Source: Chloroflexota bacterium
GTDB lineage: Bacteria; Chloroflexota; Dehalococcoidia; Lucifugimonadales; UBA3495
Reading direction: 5' to 3'
NCBI GenBank assembly: GCA_027623675.1
Contig: JAQBVF010000004.1
Span: forward strand, 87,490 to 151,489
DNA length: 64,000 nt
Numbering within the stretch: position 1 is the first letter of the stretch; each line of letters opens with the position of its first letter. The notes under the pieces were generated by a model. The model worked only from the letters and a program-made list of their open reading frames with translations. It ran no database searches and had not been told where the DNA came from. The translations under genes and the position numbers were made by a program. Of this stretch, positions 50,985 to 61,320 are shown piece by piece.

Positions 50985-52001
50985 TCAGTCGAGAGGCGGT
51001 TTGACGGTTGCGGGCTCGGACGAAAGTAGATCGGCAGCGATATTATGGCGCCGGCCGGTGATCGCCCAGGTCGCGAAAGCCATGATGGAGATCAAGATGG
51101 GGGGCAGGAATAAGATTGCGTGAATCACCAGCGCGAACCCCAGCGCGTCGCCGTCTCCCACGCCGATGGTGGTGAGCAGATAGAAGACCGCGAACTCAAA
51201 GGTGCCCACGGAGGCCGGGAGCGAGGGCACCAGCGCGACAAATGTGAGAGTGCCGATGACCAGCAGCGTGGCGACCATCGGGGATATGTCGATGTCCATG
51301 CCGTACGCCAAGACCCAGGCGGAAAGGCCCAGCAGTAGCCAATACCCCATCGTTAGCAAGAAGGACCACGCGAGTCTCAACCGTGCCTGAATAAGCCCCT
51401 GGAGGGATGACGATGTCGATGCCAGCAATTGCAGGTGGGTCAGGCCCGGCCTGGACCCGAACCAGATCACCGCAGGCACCGCCAACACGCTGACCAACGC
51501 CAGCACCACTGCGCCGATCACGTAAGGGATGAACCCTTTGAGGCTGGGCAGCACCATCACGCCCAGGCCCAACAAGATCGCCGCGATCACGAAATCCAAC
51601 ACCCGCTGCACGCCCAGCGTCGCCGCCACTTCCTCGCCGCGCACCCGGTAACGCAGGGTGAGCAGGAAGAATTGGGTGACCTCGCTGATGACACGGATTG
51701 GTGAGACGCTATTCAGGCCGATGCCGATGTTCTGCACCAGAAGCAACCGGTGCAACGGGACCGACCGTTTGATGAACAACACCTGCCAGCGGTAGGCCCG
51801 CATGGCCGTGGCAAGGGCGAAGATCGCCAGAGAGAGCAGCATGTAGCGGACGGGGAATTCATTGAAGGCCGCTGACAGCGAGCCCCAGTCCATGTCTTTG
51901 ACCACGGCGAAGCCGATGCCGACGCCAACGGCTAGTCCGAGAACCAGCCGGAGCTTCGGCTGCATCAGCAAGCGCGATGACAGTACGGTCGCTGTTTTCA
52001 C
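50985..52001 (-). CDS. Lysylphosphatidylglycerol synthase TM / YbhN-type flippase-like membrane protein
   Basis: RA.RW..L, N...P.R..E, R.LD, P..PA.VG.FE motifs; multiple TM helices. Confidence 0.8.
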   Translation of the reverse strand: MKTATVLSSRLLMQPKLRLVLGLAVGVGIGFAVVKDMDWGSLSAAFNEFPVRYMLLSLAIFALATAMRAYRWQVLFIKRSVPLHRLLLVQNIGIGLNSVSPIRVISEVTQFFLLTLRYRVRGEEVAATLGVQRVLDFVIAAILLGLGVMVLPSLKGFIPYVIGAVVLALVSVLAVPAVIWFGSRPGLTHLQLLASTSSSLQGLIQARLRLAWSFLLTMGYWLLLGLSAWVLAYGMDIDISPMVATLLVIGTLTFVALVPSLPASVGTFEFAVFYLLTTIGVGDGDALGFALVIHAILFLPPILISIMAFATWAITGRRHNIAADLLSSEPATVKPPLD

Positions 52002-52085
52002 AATCTCGGTCTACGGTCCAGCGGGTCTAAAGAGAGATTCGGGCGTGGGCAAAGGCCGTGGAGGGCTCACCATAGCCTAATCATC

Positions 52086-52114
52086 AAGCTACGCGTGGGG
52101 GGGTGATATGTCAA
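52086..52114 (-). promoter_or_regulatory. Putative sigma70 promoter
   Basis: Minus strand TTGACA-17bp-TAGCTT. Confidence 0.55.
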
Positions 52115-52165
52115 GGAACGTGCCCCAGGGTTTGGAGCCCCATTTCCCACCCGAGATAAACGCCC

Positions 52166-52675
52166 CTAGGGCTTTCCTGACCGGGCTAGACCCTTCAGAT
52201 AGGCGATGTGACCTTGGTGCTGGTAGACCTCGCCGATGACCTGCCGGAAGATCCGCCCCACCGACATCTCGGGCCGGGCCTCTCTCGGAACAACGTCCAT
52301 CTGTTCCGGAGTCAGCGTCTTCAGATAAGCCAAGGTGGTAGACCGCACCGCCTCACCGTACTTCAGCATCTCGGCCAGATCGTAAGCGGGGAACGCGGCC
52401 ACCTGCTCCGTTGTATGGTTGAAGCCGTTGTCTCTCGTGGGCAGCCCAAATCTCTCATTCCAGCCGTCCCGCTCCCAGATCTCGGGTTCCCGTTGGATGA
52501 AGAACTGGAACCACATGTCCTCAACCCTGGTCATATGCCAAAGTATCCAGCCGATGGGATTCGCCTCCGGACCGGGACGCCACACCATTTCCTCGGGAGT
52601 CAGGTCGCCTAGGGCGTCCATCAGATATTCGTGTTCCGTGTTGAATGCGTCTTCGATAAACTCGTTCAGAGTCAT
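52166..52675 (-). CDS. DinB family protein
   Basis: NPIGW..WH..R.ED, QH.G.I.YL. Confidence 0.85.
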   Translation of the reverse strand: MTLNEFIEDAFNTEHEYLMDALGDLTPEEMVWRPGPEANPIGWILWHMTRVEDMWFQFFIQREPEIWERDGWNERFGLPTRDNGFNHTTEQVAAFPAYDLAEMLKYGEAVRSTTLAYLKTLTPEQMDVVPREARPEMSVGRIFRQVIGEVYQHQGHIAYLKGLARSGKP

Positions 52676-52880
52676 CCCTTAATCTCCGGTTGATCTGCCG
52701 GAAACCAGAGGTCCGGCAAAGGATTTGGCAGGCCAACATGATACACCCGTCCGGCGCATCCGCGGTATGCTAAACTGCACTCGGCGCACGCCTGCCACGT
52801 CATGGCGGCACGCCCGTCTCGCGGCCCCATGAAACGGCCGCACCCGCCTGCGTTAACAAGCTAACCGGAGAGAATATCCC

Positions 52881-53948
52881 ATGTCAGATTCACTGATCAC
52901 ACCGGAGGTCCGTGCCCTCATCGGTACCGAGACCTCTCCCGAGAAGAACCGGTTCCCTCTCAGCGACGAGATGGCCTACGACTTGGCCGACGCCACCGAA
53001 GACCCCAACCCCCTTTGGGTCGACAAAGCCCAGGCCACCGCCAGCCGGTTCAAGGGGCTGCTCTGTCCTCCGCTGGCGACCTGGAAAGACATCGCGCCGT
53101 CCATCGGCTATTTCGGGGCCGGCCAGGAGTCCCACTTCGATATCCCCCTGCCCTTTAACAGCTATGGCCTGAACGGGGGCAGCGACTGGCAATTCCTGCG
53201 TCCCGCCTACTCCGGCGACTGGGTCACCCGCCGATTCAAGATCATGGACATCTTTGAGAAGGAAGGACGCTCCGGTCCGCTGGTTTTCATCGTGCGCCGG
53301 GAGACCCAAACCAACCAGCACGGCGACGCCATCAGCGTGGCCGACCGGGTGAGCATCCACCGCAGCAGGCCGCCGCGGGAGGAGGTGCAAGCCACCGCCG
53401 ACGCCGGTGAAGGGCTGGAAGCCGTGGTGATCTCGCCGCCCGCACCCGGCCACACAGTGCCACGTTCCGTCCACGTCTCGGGTGGGCAGAGGTATTTCGA
53501 AGACATATCTGTTGGGATGGACCTGGAGCCGGTGGTAAAGGGGCCTTTGACCACCACCCATCTGGTGCGGTGGGCCGCCGCCAACGGCAACTATGCCCGC
53601 ATCCATTGGGACCTGCCCTTCGCCCAGGTACATCAGGGTTTGTCCAACGTGGTGGTGAACGGCTCGCTCAAGAACCAGTACCTAGGCCAACTCATGATCA
53701 GGTTCGCCGGCCAAGAGGGTTGGTTCAAGCGGTTCTATGTTGAGCACCGTGGCATGGACTACCCCGGCGACATCATCACCGCGTCGGGAAAAGTGACGGC
53801 TGTCCGCGAGGTCGGCAATTACGGACACGTCGGTTGCGAGGTCAACCTGACCAATAACCGGGGAGACCGGACGGCGTCGGGGCGAGGCACCGTCGTGCTG
53901 CCCAAGAAGGGCCAGAGCCTGCCATTGGTCTGGGAGTTGGAAGACTGA
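52881..53948 (+). CDS. MaoC-like double hotdog-fold (de)hydratase (N-type + MaoC fusion)
   Basis: D.NPL..D...A, LNGG..W.F.RP, K.GRSG.L.F in the N half; ...IHWD..FA...G...VV.NG in the C half. Confidence 0.8.
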   Translation: MSDSLITPEVRALIGTETSPEKNRFPLSDEMAYDLADATEDPNPLWVDKAQATASRFKGLLCPPLATWKDIAPSIGYFGAGQESHFDIPLPFNSYGLNGGSDWQFLRPAYSGDWVTRRFKIMDIFEKEGRSGPLVFIVRRETQTNQHGDAISVADRVSIHRSRPPREEVQATADAGEGLEAVVISPPAPGHTVPRSVHVSGGQRYFEDISVGMDLEPVVKGPLTTTHLVRWAAANGNYARIHWDLPFAQVHQGLSNVVVNGSLKNQYLGQLMIRFAGQEGWFKRFYVEHRGMDYPGDIITASGKVTAVREVGNYGHVGCEVNLTNNRGDRTASGRGTVVLPKKGQSLPLVWELED

Positions 53949-55144
53949 TGCCCGCTGGGCTACTGAATGGGATCCGCGTGTTGGACCTGGGTTCAGGGAT
54001 ATCGGCCCCCTGGTGCGCCAAGATACTGGCTGACTACGGCGCCGATGTCATCAAGGTTGAACCGCCGGGTGCGGGAGACTGCGCGCGCCGCATGGGCCCC
54101 TTTGCCGGCGACGACCCTCACCCTGAGAAGAGCCTGGGCTTCCTATATCTGAACACCAACAAGCGGGGCGTCACCCTGGACCCGTCCAGCCCCACCGGAC
54201 GCAAGCTGCTGGAGCGGCTGGTGGCGGAGGCCGATGTTCTGGTCGAGAACCACCCACCGGCCCGGTCCCAAGAGCTGGGGTTGAATTATCAGTCTCTCGC
54301 TGAGGTGAACCCCAAGCTGGTCGTTACCTCCGTCACTCCATTCGGGCAGACCGGGCCGTACCGCGATTACCAAGCCACCGATATCGTGACCTACGCCCTC
54401 AGCGGTCTGATGTACCACTCCGGCGATTCGGACAAAGAGCCGCTGCGGAACGTCCTCGACCAGTCTTTCTACGTCGCCGGGGCCAACGCCGCCGCCGCGA
54501 CCCAGGTGGCCTTGTTCGCCCGGCTATACTCCGGCGAGGGCCAGCAGGTGGACGTCTCCGCCGCCGAATGTCTGGGGGCACACATGGTCCAACCCCTGCC
54601 CTACTACAATTACATGGGTGCGGTGAAAGGCCGCCGTCCGGTGCGCGGGGCCGGGTTCGAAGAGCTGATGCCCGCCAGAGACGGCTACGTTGCCCCGTCG
54701 GTTCAGGGGTCCCGGCCTTGGTCCACGGTGGCTGCCCTGATCGGAGGTGAGGAATTGCAGGACGAGAAATTCGCCACCGGCGCCGGCCGGGTTGCCCACG
54801 GTGAAGAATTGAAGCAACTGCTGATCAAAGGACTGGCCGAATGGGACCGCATGCCATTGTTCCTGGCGTCAGGGGAACAGCGGCTGGTGTTCGGCATGGC
54901 CCAGGACGCCGGAGACCTGGCCAACTGCCCCCATCTGGAGTCCCGCGGTTTCTTCGTTGAGGTCGACCACCCGGTGGCCGGCCGGGCCCGATACCCTGGC
55001 ATGGCTGTCCGTCTGCCCGGCGAGACCATCACCGCCACGCGGCCCGCTCCGCTGCTCGGCCAGCACAACGCCGACGTGTACGGCCAGGAGTTGGGCTACT
55101 CCGCCGCCGACCTGGCGACCCTCCGCCAACACGCCATCATCTGA
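53948..55144 (+). CDS. Class III CoA transferase (CaiB/BaiF)
   Basis: L.G.RVLD, LAD.GADVIKVEPP.GD, NKRG..LD, FGQTGPY, AP.LG.H. Confidence 0.9.
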   Translation: MPAGLLNGIRVLDLGSGISAPWCAKILADYGADVIKVEPPGAGDCARRMGPFAGDDPHPEKSLGFLYLNTNKRGVTLDPSSPTGRKLLERLVAEADVLVENHPPARSQELGLNYQSLAEVNPKLVVTSVTPFGQTGPYRDYQATDIVTYALSGLMYHSGDSDKEPLRNVLDQSFYVAGANAAAATQVALFARLYSGEGQQVDVSAAECLGAHMVQPLPYYNYMGAVKGRRPVRGAGFEELMPARDGYVAPSVQGSRPWSTVAALIGGEELQDEKFATGAGRVAHGEELKQLLIKGLAEWDRMPLFLASGEQRLVFGMAQDAGDLANCPHLESRGFFVEVDHPVAGRARYPGMAVRLPGETITATRPAPLLGQHNADVYGQELGYSAADLATLRQHAII

Positions 55145-55201
55145 ACATCGTCTGCGCGTACCGATATACGCGTACCGATATAAAGGAAGCAAGTTATACA
55201 G

Positions 55202-56620
55202 ATGTCCGCAGCGCCGCTCAAAAACATCCGGGTTATGGACCTTAGCCGGGTCTTCGCCATGCCCTTTGCCGGGGCCAACCTGGCGGACTTGGGCGCGGAG
55301 GTCATCAAGATCGACACCTGCCAGGCCCAGTTCATGGACACCACCCGCACCATCACCGGGCCATTTCCCGACAACCGGACCGGCGAGCTTTGGTGGGAGC
55401 AGGGTGGCACCTTCCAGAACTTGAACCGGGGCAAACGCAGCCTGACGCTGGACCTGCGCTCCGAGCAGTCCCAGGCCATCATCAAGGACCTGGTCCGGTT
55501 GTGCGACGTTGTCTTGGAGAATTTCACCCCCAGGGTCATGGCCCGGTTCGGGTTGGACTATGAAAGCCTCCGGGCGCACAAGCCCGACCTGATCATGGTG
55601 TCCAACACGGGCTACGGCCACAGCGGCCCCTGGAGTAACTTTGGCGCCATGGCGTCGGCGCTGGAACCGACCCACGGGACCGGCGCCTTCATGGGTTATA
55701 TGGAAGAGGGACCGGATGGACGCCTGATCGAAGGGCAGGTCCCCAATAAGATGGGCAATTCGTATTCCGACTTTATGGCCACCTGGACGGCCCTGGGCGG
55801 TCTGATGGCGGCGTTGCTGCGGCGGGCGCGTACCGGCCAAGGTCAGTGGATCGACCTGGCGATGTACCAGACCGGGACCACCGTGATCGGCCAGGGCCTT
55901 CTGGATTTCGCTTTCAATGGAAGTGGCACGGGAAGTGGCACGGGAAAGGGCACGGGAAGGCGCACGCAACGCATCGGCAACCGCCACCCCGTCTGGTCAC
56001 CCCACGGTGTCTATCCCTGCCAAGGCAAAGACCAATGGGTGGCCATCGCCGCGCGGGACCAGGACGATTGGCGGGCCCTTTGTCTGGCAATGGGCCAACC
56101 GGAGCTTGCCGCCGACCCAAGGTTCAACGACCCCATGGACCGCCGCCGGCACCAGGAAGAACTGGACGCGGTCATCGCCGCCTGGACGGCGCAGCGGACC
56201 TCCTATGGGGTGACTGCTTGTCTCCAAGACGCCGGAGTGCCTGCCGGAGCGGTGCTAAACGCCAAGCAAGCTTTGACCGACCCCCAATACGTGTCGCGCG
56301 GCTTCTTCGAGACCGTGCATAACCCGCCGGAGGTCGAATTGCGGCCCAAGGGCTACGTGGGACGAGGCTGGAAGTTTTCGGGCAGCCAGGCCCAGGTGCG
56401 GGGGCCGGCGCCCCAACTGGGCGAGGGCAATGAATACGTATTGGGTGAATTGCTGGGCGTGGACCAAGGCCGTATAGACGCCTTTGCCAGCGATTGGACC
56501 ATCGGCAACACGCCGGAGGGTGGCAGAGCGCCCGCCCAGGTGCCGCTGGACGAACAGGTCGAGATTGGGTCCATCGCTGAATACGACGCCGACTACCTGG
56601 ACCATCTTCCTTCTATATAA
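55202..56620 (+). CDS. Class III CoA transferase (CaiB/BaiF)
   Basis: LADLGAEVIK, NRGKRS..LD, ENF.P, GYG..GP, catalytic-position Asp in YSDF. Confidence 0.92.
   Translation: MSAAPLKNIRVMDLSRVFAMPFAGANLADLGAEVIKIDTCQAQFMDTTRTITGPFPDNRTGELWWEQGGTFQNLNRGKRSLTLDLRSEQSQAIIKDLVRLCDVVLENFTPRVMARFGLDYESLRAHKPDLIMVSNTGYGHSGPWSNFGAMASALEPTHGTGAFMGYMEEGPDGRLIEGQVPNKMGNSYSDFMATWTALGGLMAALLRRARTGQGQWIDLAMYQTGTTVIGQGLLDFAFNGSGTGSGTGKGTGRRTQRIGNRHPVWSPHGVYPCQGKDQWVAIAARDQDDWRALCLAMGQPELAADPRFNDPMDRRRHQEELDAVIAAWTAQRTSYGVTACLQDAGVPAGAVLNAKQALTDPQYVSRGFFETVHNPPEVELRPKGYVGRGWKFSGSQAQVRGPAPQLGEGNEYVLGELLGVDQGRIDAFASDWTIGNTPEGGRAPAQVPLDEQVEIGSIAEYDADYLDHLPSI
55919..55966 (+). repeat. In-frame 12-bp tandem repeat x4 (GSGT-GSGT-GKGT-GRRT)
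   Basis: GGAAGTGGCACG x2, GGAAAGGGCACG, GGAAGGCGCACG. Confidence 0.9.
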
Positions 56621-56751
56621 CGCTATATAGCGTTCTCTTCTTAAGATCTTAAGAAATAACCCATCAGGATGGGGCAATGCAAATGGGACGGGTGTGGCAG
56701 CCGGGCATGGGTATGAGTTTGGATCTATTCTGATTTCCCACGCACGGACGC

Positions 56752-56781
56752 TTGACACTATGGAAAATCGGAACCTATAAT
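56752..56781 (+). promoter_or_regulatory. Consensus sigma70 promoter for pyrG
   Basis: TTGACA-18bp-TATAAT. Confidence 0.8.
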
Positions 56782-56972
56782 TACGGTGGTTTCCGGGTAA
56801 GCGTTCCGTGACTTCCCGGCAAACGTCCGCTTTTTTTCCATAACGACCCGCATCGAGCCCCTGTAACCACTGTGTTAAGCGGCATTCTTGTCGACTCAGT
56901 GGTCTGGTTATCCCAATCAGCAGATGACCGGCAGGCCGTACCCTCCCCAACACCCGTTTATTGCGTAGGCAA

Positions 56973-58619
56973 ATGCCGACAAAGTTTATCTTCGTTACCG
57001 GGGGAGTTGTCAGTTCATTGGGCAAAGGGATCAGCGTCGCATCGATTGGACGCATCCTGAAGAGCCGGGGACTCACCGTCTCCGTCATCAAACTGGACCC
57101 TTACCTCAATGTTGACCCCGGGACCATGTCCCCCTACCAACACGGCGAAGTCTTTGTGACCCATGACGGCGGCGAGACCGACCTAGACCTGGGCCATTAT
57201 GAAAGATTCATCGATGTCGAACTGACCCGGACGTCGAACCTCACCGCGGGAGAGGTCTACCTCAACCTGATAGCCAAAGAGCGCCGCGGCGATTTCTTGG
57301 GCGGCACCATTCAAACGGTGCCCCACGTCACCAACGCCATTAAAGATAGGGTTCTTGCCCTGGCCGCCGAGTCCAAGGCCGATGTGATCATAACGGAGGT
57401 CGGCGGGACGGTCGGCGACATCGAGGGCCTGCCCTTCTTGGAGGCCATTCGGCAGATGAGGAACGATGTGGGCCGGGACAATGTCTTCTACATCCATCTC
57501 ACTTTGCTTCCATACATAACGGCGGCAGAGGAACTTAAGACCAAGCCGACCCAACACAGCGTGAAAGAACTGAGGTCCATTGGAATTCAGCCCGACGCCA
57601 TCCTCTGCAGGAGCGACTACCCGGTCTCGGAGTTCATCTGCGAGAAGATCTCGGCATTCTGCGACGTTCCGGCCAATGCCGTGATCCCCGTGGTGACCGT
57701 TAAGAATGTATACGAAGTGCCCCTGATGCTCGAGGAAGCCGGCTTGGGCGACATCGTTCTGGACTCGCTGGGTATGTCCGGACATCCAAAAGACATGTCT
57801 GAATGGGCGGCCATGGTCAAACGGATGAACGAACCGAAAGAGAGCCTGTCCATCGCGCTGGTCGGAAAATACGTCGAGTATCCCGATTCCTACGCTTCGG
57901 TCCGGGAAGCGCTGCGGCATGCTGGGCTGGACCACCACAGGGATATCGACCTCCAATGGGTCCACTCCGAAGACATAGAACGGGATGGCCCCGATGAGCT
58001 TTTGGCTGACGTATGCGGGATCGTCGTTCCGGGCGGTTTCGGACCCCGCGGCGTCGAGGGCATGATTGAGACCGCGCGCTACGCCCGGGAGCATCAGGTG
58101 CCCTACCTGGGCCTCTGCCTGGGATTGCAGGTGATGGTCATCGAGTGGGCCAGGAACATCTTGGGCATGACCGGCGCCAACTCTGAGGAGTTGGTCCCCG
58201 AGACCCAATATCCGGTGGTCCACATAATGCCCGACCAACAAGGCATCGCCACCAAAGGCGGCACCATGCGCCTGGGGGACTATCCCTGCCACCCCCAGAC
58301 CAAAACGCGGACCAAGGCGGCTTACGGCGCCGACGTTATCTTGGAACGCCACCGCCACCGCTTCGAGCTGAACAATGCCTACCGCGAGTCGCTGGAAAGC
58401 ACCGGACTCATCGTTGGCGGCCTGTCACCCGACGGGAACCTGGTGGAGACCGGCGAAGTTAGGGACCATCCTTTCATGATTGGGACCCAATACCACCCTG
58501 AGTTCAAGTCGCGGCCCAACCGGCCCCATCCGCTGTTCAAGCAATTCATCGGCGCCGCGAAAAAAACCATTAGAGAGGGCGTTCAACGGCCATTGCCTCT
58601 GGAACTCCCCAACGATTAA
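56973..58619 (+). CDS. pyrG: CTP synthase
   Basis: TKFIFVTGGVVSSLGKG, KLDPYLNVDPG, GLCLG, ERHRHR, QYHPE. Confidence 0.98.
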   Translation: MPTKFIFVTGGVVSSLGKGISVASIGRILKSRGLTVSVIKLDPYLNVDPGTMSPYQHGEVFVTHDGGETDLDLGHYERFIDVELTRTSNLTAGEVYLNLIAKERRGDFLGGTIQTVPHVTNAIKDRVLALAAESKADVIITEVGGTVGDIEGLPFLEAIRQMRNDVGRDNVFYIHLTLLPYITAAEELKTKPTQHSVKELRSIGIQPDAILCRSDYPVSEFICEKISAFCDVPANAVIPVVTVKNVYEVPLMLEEAGLGDIVLDSLGMSGHPKDMSEWAAMVKRMNEPKESLSIALVGKYVEYPDSYASVREALRHAGLDHHRDIDLQWVHSEDIERDGPDELLADVCGIVVPGGFGPRGVEGMIETARYAREHQVPYLGLCLGLQVMVIEWARNILGMTGANSEELVPETQYPVVHIMPDQQGIATKGGTMRLGDYPCHPQTKTRTKAAYGADVILERHRHRFELNNAYRESLESTGLIVGGLSPDGNLVETGEVRDHPFMIGTQYHPEFKSRPNRPHPLFKQFIGAAKKTIREGVQRPLPLELPND

Positions 58620-58792
58620 CCGGGCCATCATTATCATCTGCCTAGCTCGTACATTCATGAATATTCCTCGAACATCCAGCCGGGCCTCCTTTCCTGAGGC
58701 ATCCGTACTCCGGGCTTCCGTACCGATCAATACGGGTCCGGGTAATACGGGTCCCGGACTCCCGATTCTTAACCCTTGATGGCGGTGAAGTC

Positions 58793-59452
58793 GTGAAACT
58801 ATTTCTGGATACGGCCAACATTGGAGACATCCGAAACGGCGTTCGTCTCGGCGTGATCAGCGGCGTCACCACCAACCCGTCGCTTGCCGCGGCGGAAGGG
58901 ATCGGAAGCGCCGAAAGCTACAAATCCGCGGTTCGCGAGATCTCAGAGATGGTGGACGGCCCCATATCAGTGGAAGTGGTGTCCCTGGACGCTAAAGGCA
59001 TGATCGCCGAAGGCCGCGACATCGCTGGCTGGATACCCAACCCCTGGGTGAAGATTCCCAGCACCGCTGATGGGTTCGAGGCCATCTCGGTTCTGACCAG
59101 CGAGGGGATCAATGTGAACCAAACCCTTTGCTTCTCGGTGAACCAAGCCCTGCTCGGCGCTCAGGCCGGCTCCACCGCAGTTAGCCCGTTCATCGGCCGT
59201 CTGGACGACATCGGTTTGCAGGGAGTCGACCTGATCAGGGACATCGTCTCCGTGTACGAGAAACACAAGATTGAAACCAAGGTATTGGCGGCCAGCATCC
59301 GCCACACCCTCCACTGCACTCTGGCGGCCCAGGCCGGGGCGCACATCGCCACCGTTCCTTATAAAGTGCTGCTCCAGATGGTCAACCACCCGCTGACCGA
59401 CTCCGGCGTTGCCCGGTTCAAGGCAGACTGGGACAAGACGGGTAATTCCTAA
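58793..59452 (+). CDS. tal: Transaldolase / fructose-6-phosphate aldolase family
   Basis: FLDTAN, GVTTNPS, VKIP, SPFIGRLDD, AASIR, HPLTD.G. Confidence 0.93.
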   Translation: MKLFLDTANIGDIRNGVRLGVISGVTTNPSLAAAEGIGSAESYKSAVREISEMVDGPISVEVVSLDAKGMIAEGRDIAGWIPNPWVKIPSTADGFEAISVLTSEGINVNQTLCFSVNQALLGAQAGSTAVSPFIGRLDDIGLQGVDLIRDIVSVYEKHKIETKVLAASIRHTLHCTLAAQAGAHIATVPYKVLLQMVNHPLTDSGVARFKADWDKTGNS

Positions 59453-59662
59453 CACAGGGCTGGCAGTGGCATCGCCGGAAGATTAACCAACGAAATGCTT
59501 CTCCGACCGACAAATACCACCCGGCAGATACCACCCGGCAGATATCCATAGCCTGCTCGAGCCTTCTCGCCAAACTCCGGTGCGGCGCTCTGGCCCGAGA
59601 CCCCATCACACGGCTCCATCACGAATCCCCAAAAATGAAACGGACCCCCGCTAGAGGTGAAC

Positions 59663-60952
59663 ATGGCGACCACACAAAAAATGCTTGATGTCTCAGAGAT
59701 GGGAGCCAAGTCCAAAGAAGAACTCTTGGGCCTGGCCAGTGATGTCGGACTGAACGACACCACCGCTCTGGCGAATCTGCATAAAGAAGACCTGCTCAGC
59801 CGGCTGTTTCAAGTGGTCTCCGCCCAACAGGCCCTAGTCTCCACCGGTATCCTGGAGATCATGGACGAGGGATACGGATTCCTCCGCCAGATCGCCACCT
59901 ACCGGGTCTCGGGAGACGTCTATATCTCCCAGTCGCAGATCCGGCGCTTCAACCTGCGGAATGGCGACACTGTCACGGGGCAGGTCCGGCCTCCCAAAGA
60001 GGGTGAGCGTTACTTCGGCCTAGTGCGGGTTGAACTGATTAACGGGATGGAAACCGACCAGGTCCAGAGCCGCTACCGCCCCACCTTCGAGCACATGACC
60101 CCGATCTTTCCCGAGAAACAGGTTATCCTCGAGACGGAAGGCTCCGAGCTTTCAACCAGGATGGTAGACCTGTTCGCACCCATCGGCCTGGGCCAGCGCG
60201 GCCTGATCGTCTCGCCGCCCAAAGCGGGCAAGACCACCATGCTGAAGCAGATCGCCCACGGCGTTCAGAAGAACTGCCCCGAAGCCACATTGATGGTAGC
60301 TCTGATCGGTGAGCGCCCTGAAGAGGTGACCGACATGCGCCGGGCGGTGGACGGCGATGTATTCGCCTCCACGTTCGATGAATCGGTGGAAGAGCAATGC
60401 CGGGTGGCCGAACTGGCCCTGGAACGGGCCAAACGCCTGGTTGAGATGGGTCAAGACGTGATCATCCTGCTTGACAGCATCACCCGCCTTACCCGCGCCT
60501 ATAACTTGGCCGTGCCCACCAGCGGACGGACCCTCTCCGGCGGCATAGACCCGGCCGCCCTTTATCCGCCCAAGAAGTTCTTTGGCGGCGCCCGAAACAT
60601 AGAGGAAGGCGGCAGCTTGACCATCATAGCCACCTGCCTGGTCGATACCGGCAGCCGGATGGATGAGGTCATCTACGAAGAGTTCAAAGGCACCGGCAAC
60701 ATGGAACTCCACTTGGACCGCCGTCTCGCCGAGCGCCGCTACTTCCCCGCCATCGACATCGTGCGAAGCGGGACCCGCCGGGAAGAGCTCCTGTTCAGCA
60801 GTGAAACGCTCAAGCAGATAGTGCTGTTGCGGCGCATGATCAGCCTTATCTCCAATGACAGCTCGGTAAATGCCACGGAAAGAGTGTTGGAGCGGCTGGC
60901 CAAGTCGTCCAACAACCAAGAGTTCCTGGCGAACCTGAACAAAGACGCGTAA
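59663..60952 (+). CDS. rho: Transcription termination factor Rho
   Basis: [47 protein letters not shown]. Confidence 0.98.
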   Translation: MATTQKMLDVSEMGAKSKEELLGLASDVGLNDTTALANLHKEDLLSRLFQVVSAQQALVSTGILEIMDEGYGFLRQIATYRVSGDVYISQSQIRRFNLRNGDTVTGQVRPPKEGERYFGLVRVELINGMETDQVQSRYRPTFEHMTPIFPEKQVILETEGSELSTRMVDLFAPIGLGQRGLIVSPPKAGKTTMLKQIAHGVQKNCPEATLMVALIGERPEEVTDMRRAVDGDVFASTFDESVEEQCRVAELALERAKRLVEMGQDVIILLDSITRLTRAYNLAVPTSGRTLSGGIDPAALYPPKKFFGGARNIEEGGSLTIIATCLVDTGSRMDEVIYEEFKGTGNMELHLDRRLAERRYFPAIDIVRSGTRREELLFSSETLKQIVLLRRMISLISNDSSVNATERVLERLAKSSNNQEFLANLNKDA

Positions 60953-61289
60953 GAACCGGCAGCCTCGCCCCTCTACCGCCAAGATTTTATACCATGACCA
61001 AAATCATGGCTGAATTGGCCCGTATCACGTCTTGCGCTTTGAGGCAAACCTACTCACAATGGACTTTGCTTCGGGGTAACATCCAGGGGAAGATCGGGAC
61101 CAAGAGACCTCCAAGCATATGGCCTGGAGCGCCGGTTAGGCGCTCCGACCGCGGTCTAACCCCGCAGGAAATACCAGACCGCAAGCCAAACGGCCGGTAG
61201 TCGTCCTGGCTTTTAAAACCGTTTCTTCGGACCGCCTTTAGGTTAAAGCCAAGGGGCGATTTTTAATGATTAGAGCCGTTTTAATCGCC

Positions 61290-61320
61290 TTGACAAGCTA
61301 AAGTTCGTGGTGCTAAATAT
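61290..61320 (+). promoter_or_regulatory. Putative promoter for the surface protein gene
   Basis: TTGACA at 61290 followed by TGcTAAATAT; imperfect -10. Confidence 0.45.

Noticed and set aside
57183..58358. 391-aa minus-strand ORF, and similar long ORFs opposite shc, ppdK, sufS, NHL and rho
   Set aside because: Antisense to well-conserved genes; expected in high-GC DNA; no motifs
60994..61200. 68-aa ORF after rho
   Set aside because: No RBS or recognisable content; the region holds a GGAGCGCC/GGCGCTCC hairpin and looks non-coding
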